A DNA stretch of 26,047 nucleotides from an uncultured Pirellulales bacterium (GTDB taxonomy: Bacteria; Planctomycetota; Phycisphaerae; Sedimentisphaerales; Anaerobacaceae): positions 1 through 26,047 of the forward strand of contig CAZTWR010000001.1 in the NCBI GenBank assembly GCA_964618055.1, in the 5' to 3' direction. Positions 25,410 to 26,047 of the stretch are shown in pieces. The first letter of the stretch is position 1. Every line of letters starts with the position of its first letter. Both the position numbers and the translations under genes were made by a program. The notes under the pieces are model-generated. The model was not told where the DNA came from. It did not search any database and saw only the letters and a program-made list of their open reading frames with translations.

Positions 25410-26047
25410 ATGAGAGATTTATTGATACAAACTGCTAAGCGGACGGGTCTGGTTGACGCTGAGCAATTGGCCAAGTTTCTGGAAGAAAACAGCGAAGAAA
25501 AATCCCGACTTGATGAGCTTTTGCTTGCCTGTCCGTACTTTACCGAGGAAGCGGTCTTGAAGCTGTTTGCCGCTGCGCTGGGGTGGGAATTTTTAGAGGA
25601 TATATCTGCCAAGGCTGTGCCAGCTGAATTCATAGAATCTGTTCCTGCGACCTATGCTCAGCAGCATTATCTTATCGGCGTAAGAACTAAGGCCGATGAC
25701 GGAGAACTTACCGTGGTTTTATCCAAGCCTTTAGACTCAAACGTTCTGGATAATGTTTCGAAGATGAGCGGTTTGTCCGTCAGGCCGGCAATATCCACTC
25801 GTGCTGCTATTACTGCTGTAATAGATGCTGCCTACGAGCAGAGGACGACAGTCATTGAGGAAGTGGCGGAAGAACTCGATTCGCAAAATCTCGACCGGCT
25901 CATTGACGAAGTGGCCGCTTCTGATGACCTTCTTGATGTTGTTAATCGTCCGCCGGTTATCAGATTAGTTAATGATATCCTTTTTCGTGCATTGCAATTG
26001 CGGGCCAGCGATATTCATGTCCACCCTTACGAGACAAAGATTCAGAT
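25410..26047 (+). CDS. gspE: Type II secretion / type IV pilus assembly ATPase GspE/PilB, 3' end beyond the window edge
   Basis: Translated by hand and absent from the ORF track: MRDLLIQTAKRTGLVDAEQL...RLDELLL...PPVIRLVNDILFRALQLRASDIHVHPYE; follows gspD. Confidence 0.9.
   Translation, partial: MRDLLIQTAKRTGLVDAEQLAKFLEENSEEKSRLDELLLACPYFTEEAVLKLFAAALGWEFLEDISAKAVPAEFIESVPATYAQQHYLIGVRTKADDGELTVVLSKPLDSNVLDNVSKMSGLSVRPAISTRAAITAVIDAAYEQRTTVIEEVAEELDSQNLDRLIDEVAASDDLLDVVNRPPVIRLVNDILFRALQLRASDIHVHPYETKIQ

Noticed and set aside
1917-25633. The many 60-210 aa ORFs nested in or antisense to the main genes (e.g. 3161..3541, 6560..7027, 10934..11563, 14768..15169, 18985..19410, 23535..24125, 25073..25438)
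   Set aside because: No motifs, no convincing SD, and each overlaps a well-supported gene; treated as shadow ORFs.
1-26047. CRISPR arrays, tRNA/rRNA genes, transposases, integrases
   Set aside because: No regularly spaced repeats, cloverleafs, rRNA-like tracts or DDE/HUH/tyrosine-recombinase motifs were seen.

Overview
Bacterial window, probably Planctomycetota/Phycisphaerae-like (inferred from gene content only), with two parts. (1) 1-17725 is a cell-surface glycosylation locus: two GT-C-type membrane glycosyltransferases, two polyprenol-phosphate GT2s (one with an N-terminal DUF2304-like domain), a WecB-like epimerase and a UPF0104 flippase-like protein plus a truncated second copy. It also holds an AT-rich nucleotidyltransferase/NMP-kinase/GT4 cassette and a divergent sulfur module: cysD-DUF2061-cysN-AlkP on the minus strand, sqdB-trxA-epimerase-GT2 on the plus strand. 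(2) 17913-26047 holds a DUF1573 lipoprotein, a degenerate-metallophosphoesterase/tetraheme cytochrome c, and type II secretion genes (gspC-like, an enlarged gspD secretin, partial gspE). Best candidate for an undescribed system: a sulfate-to-UDP-sulfoquinovose route. CysD retains the CC...CxxC Fe-S ligand pattern of APS reductases, SqdB carries an extra six-cysteine N-terminal domain, and a thioredoxin overlaps sqdB, with no APS reductase or APS kinase in the window. The product may feed an Arn-like GT2/flippase/GT-C transfer of sulfoquinovose to the surface. Two real edge-truncated genes (1-1493 minus, 25410-26047 plus) are missing from the ORF track. All family calls come from motif recognition; no database was searched.
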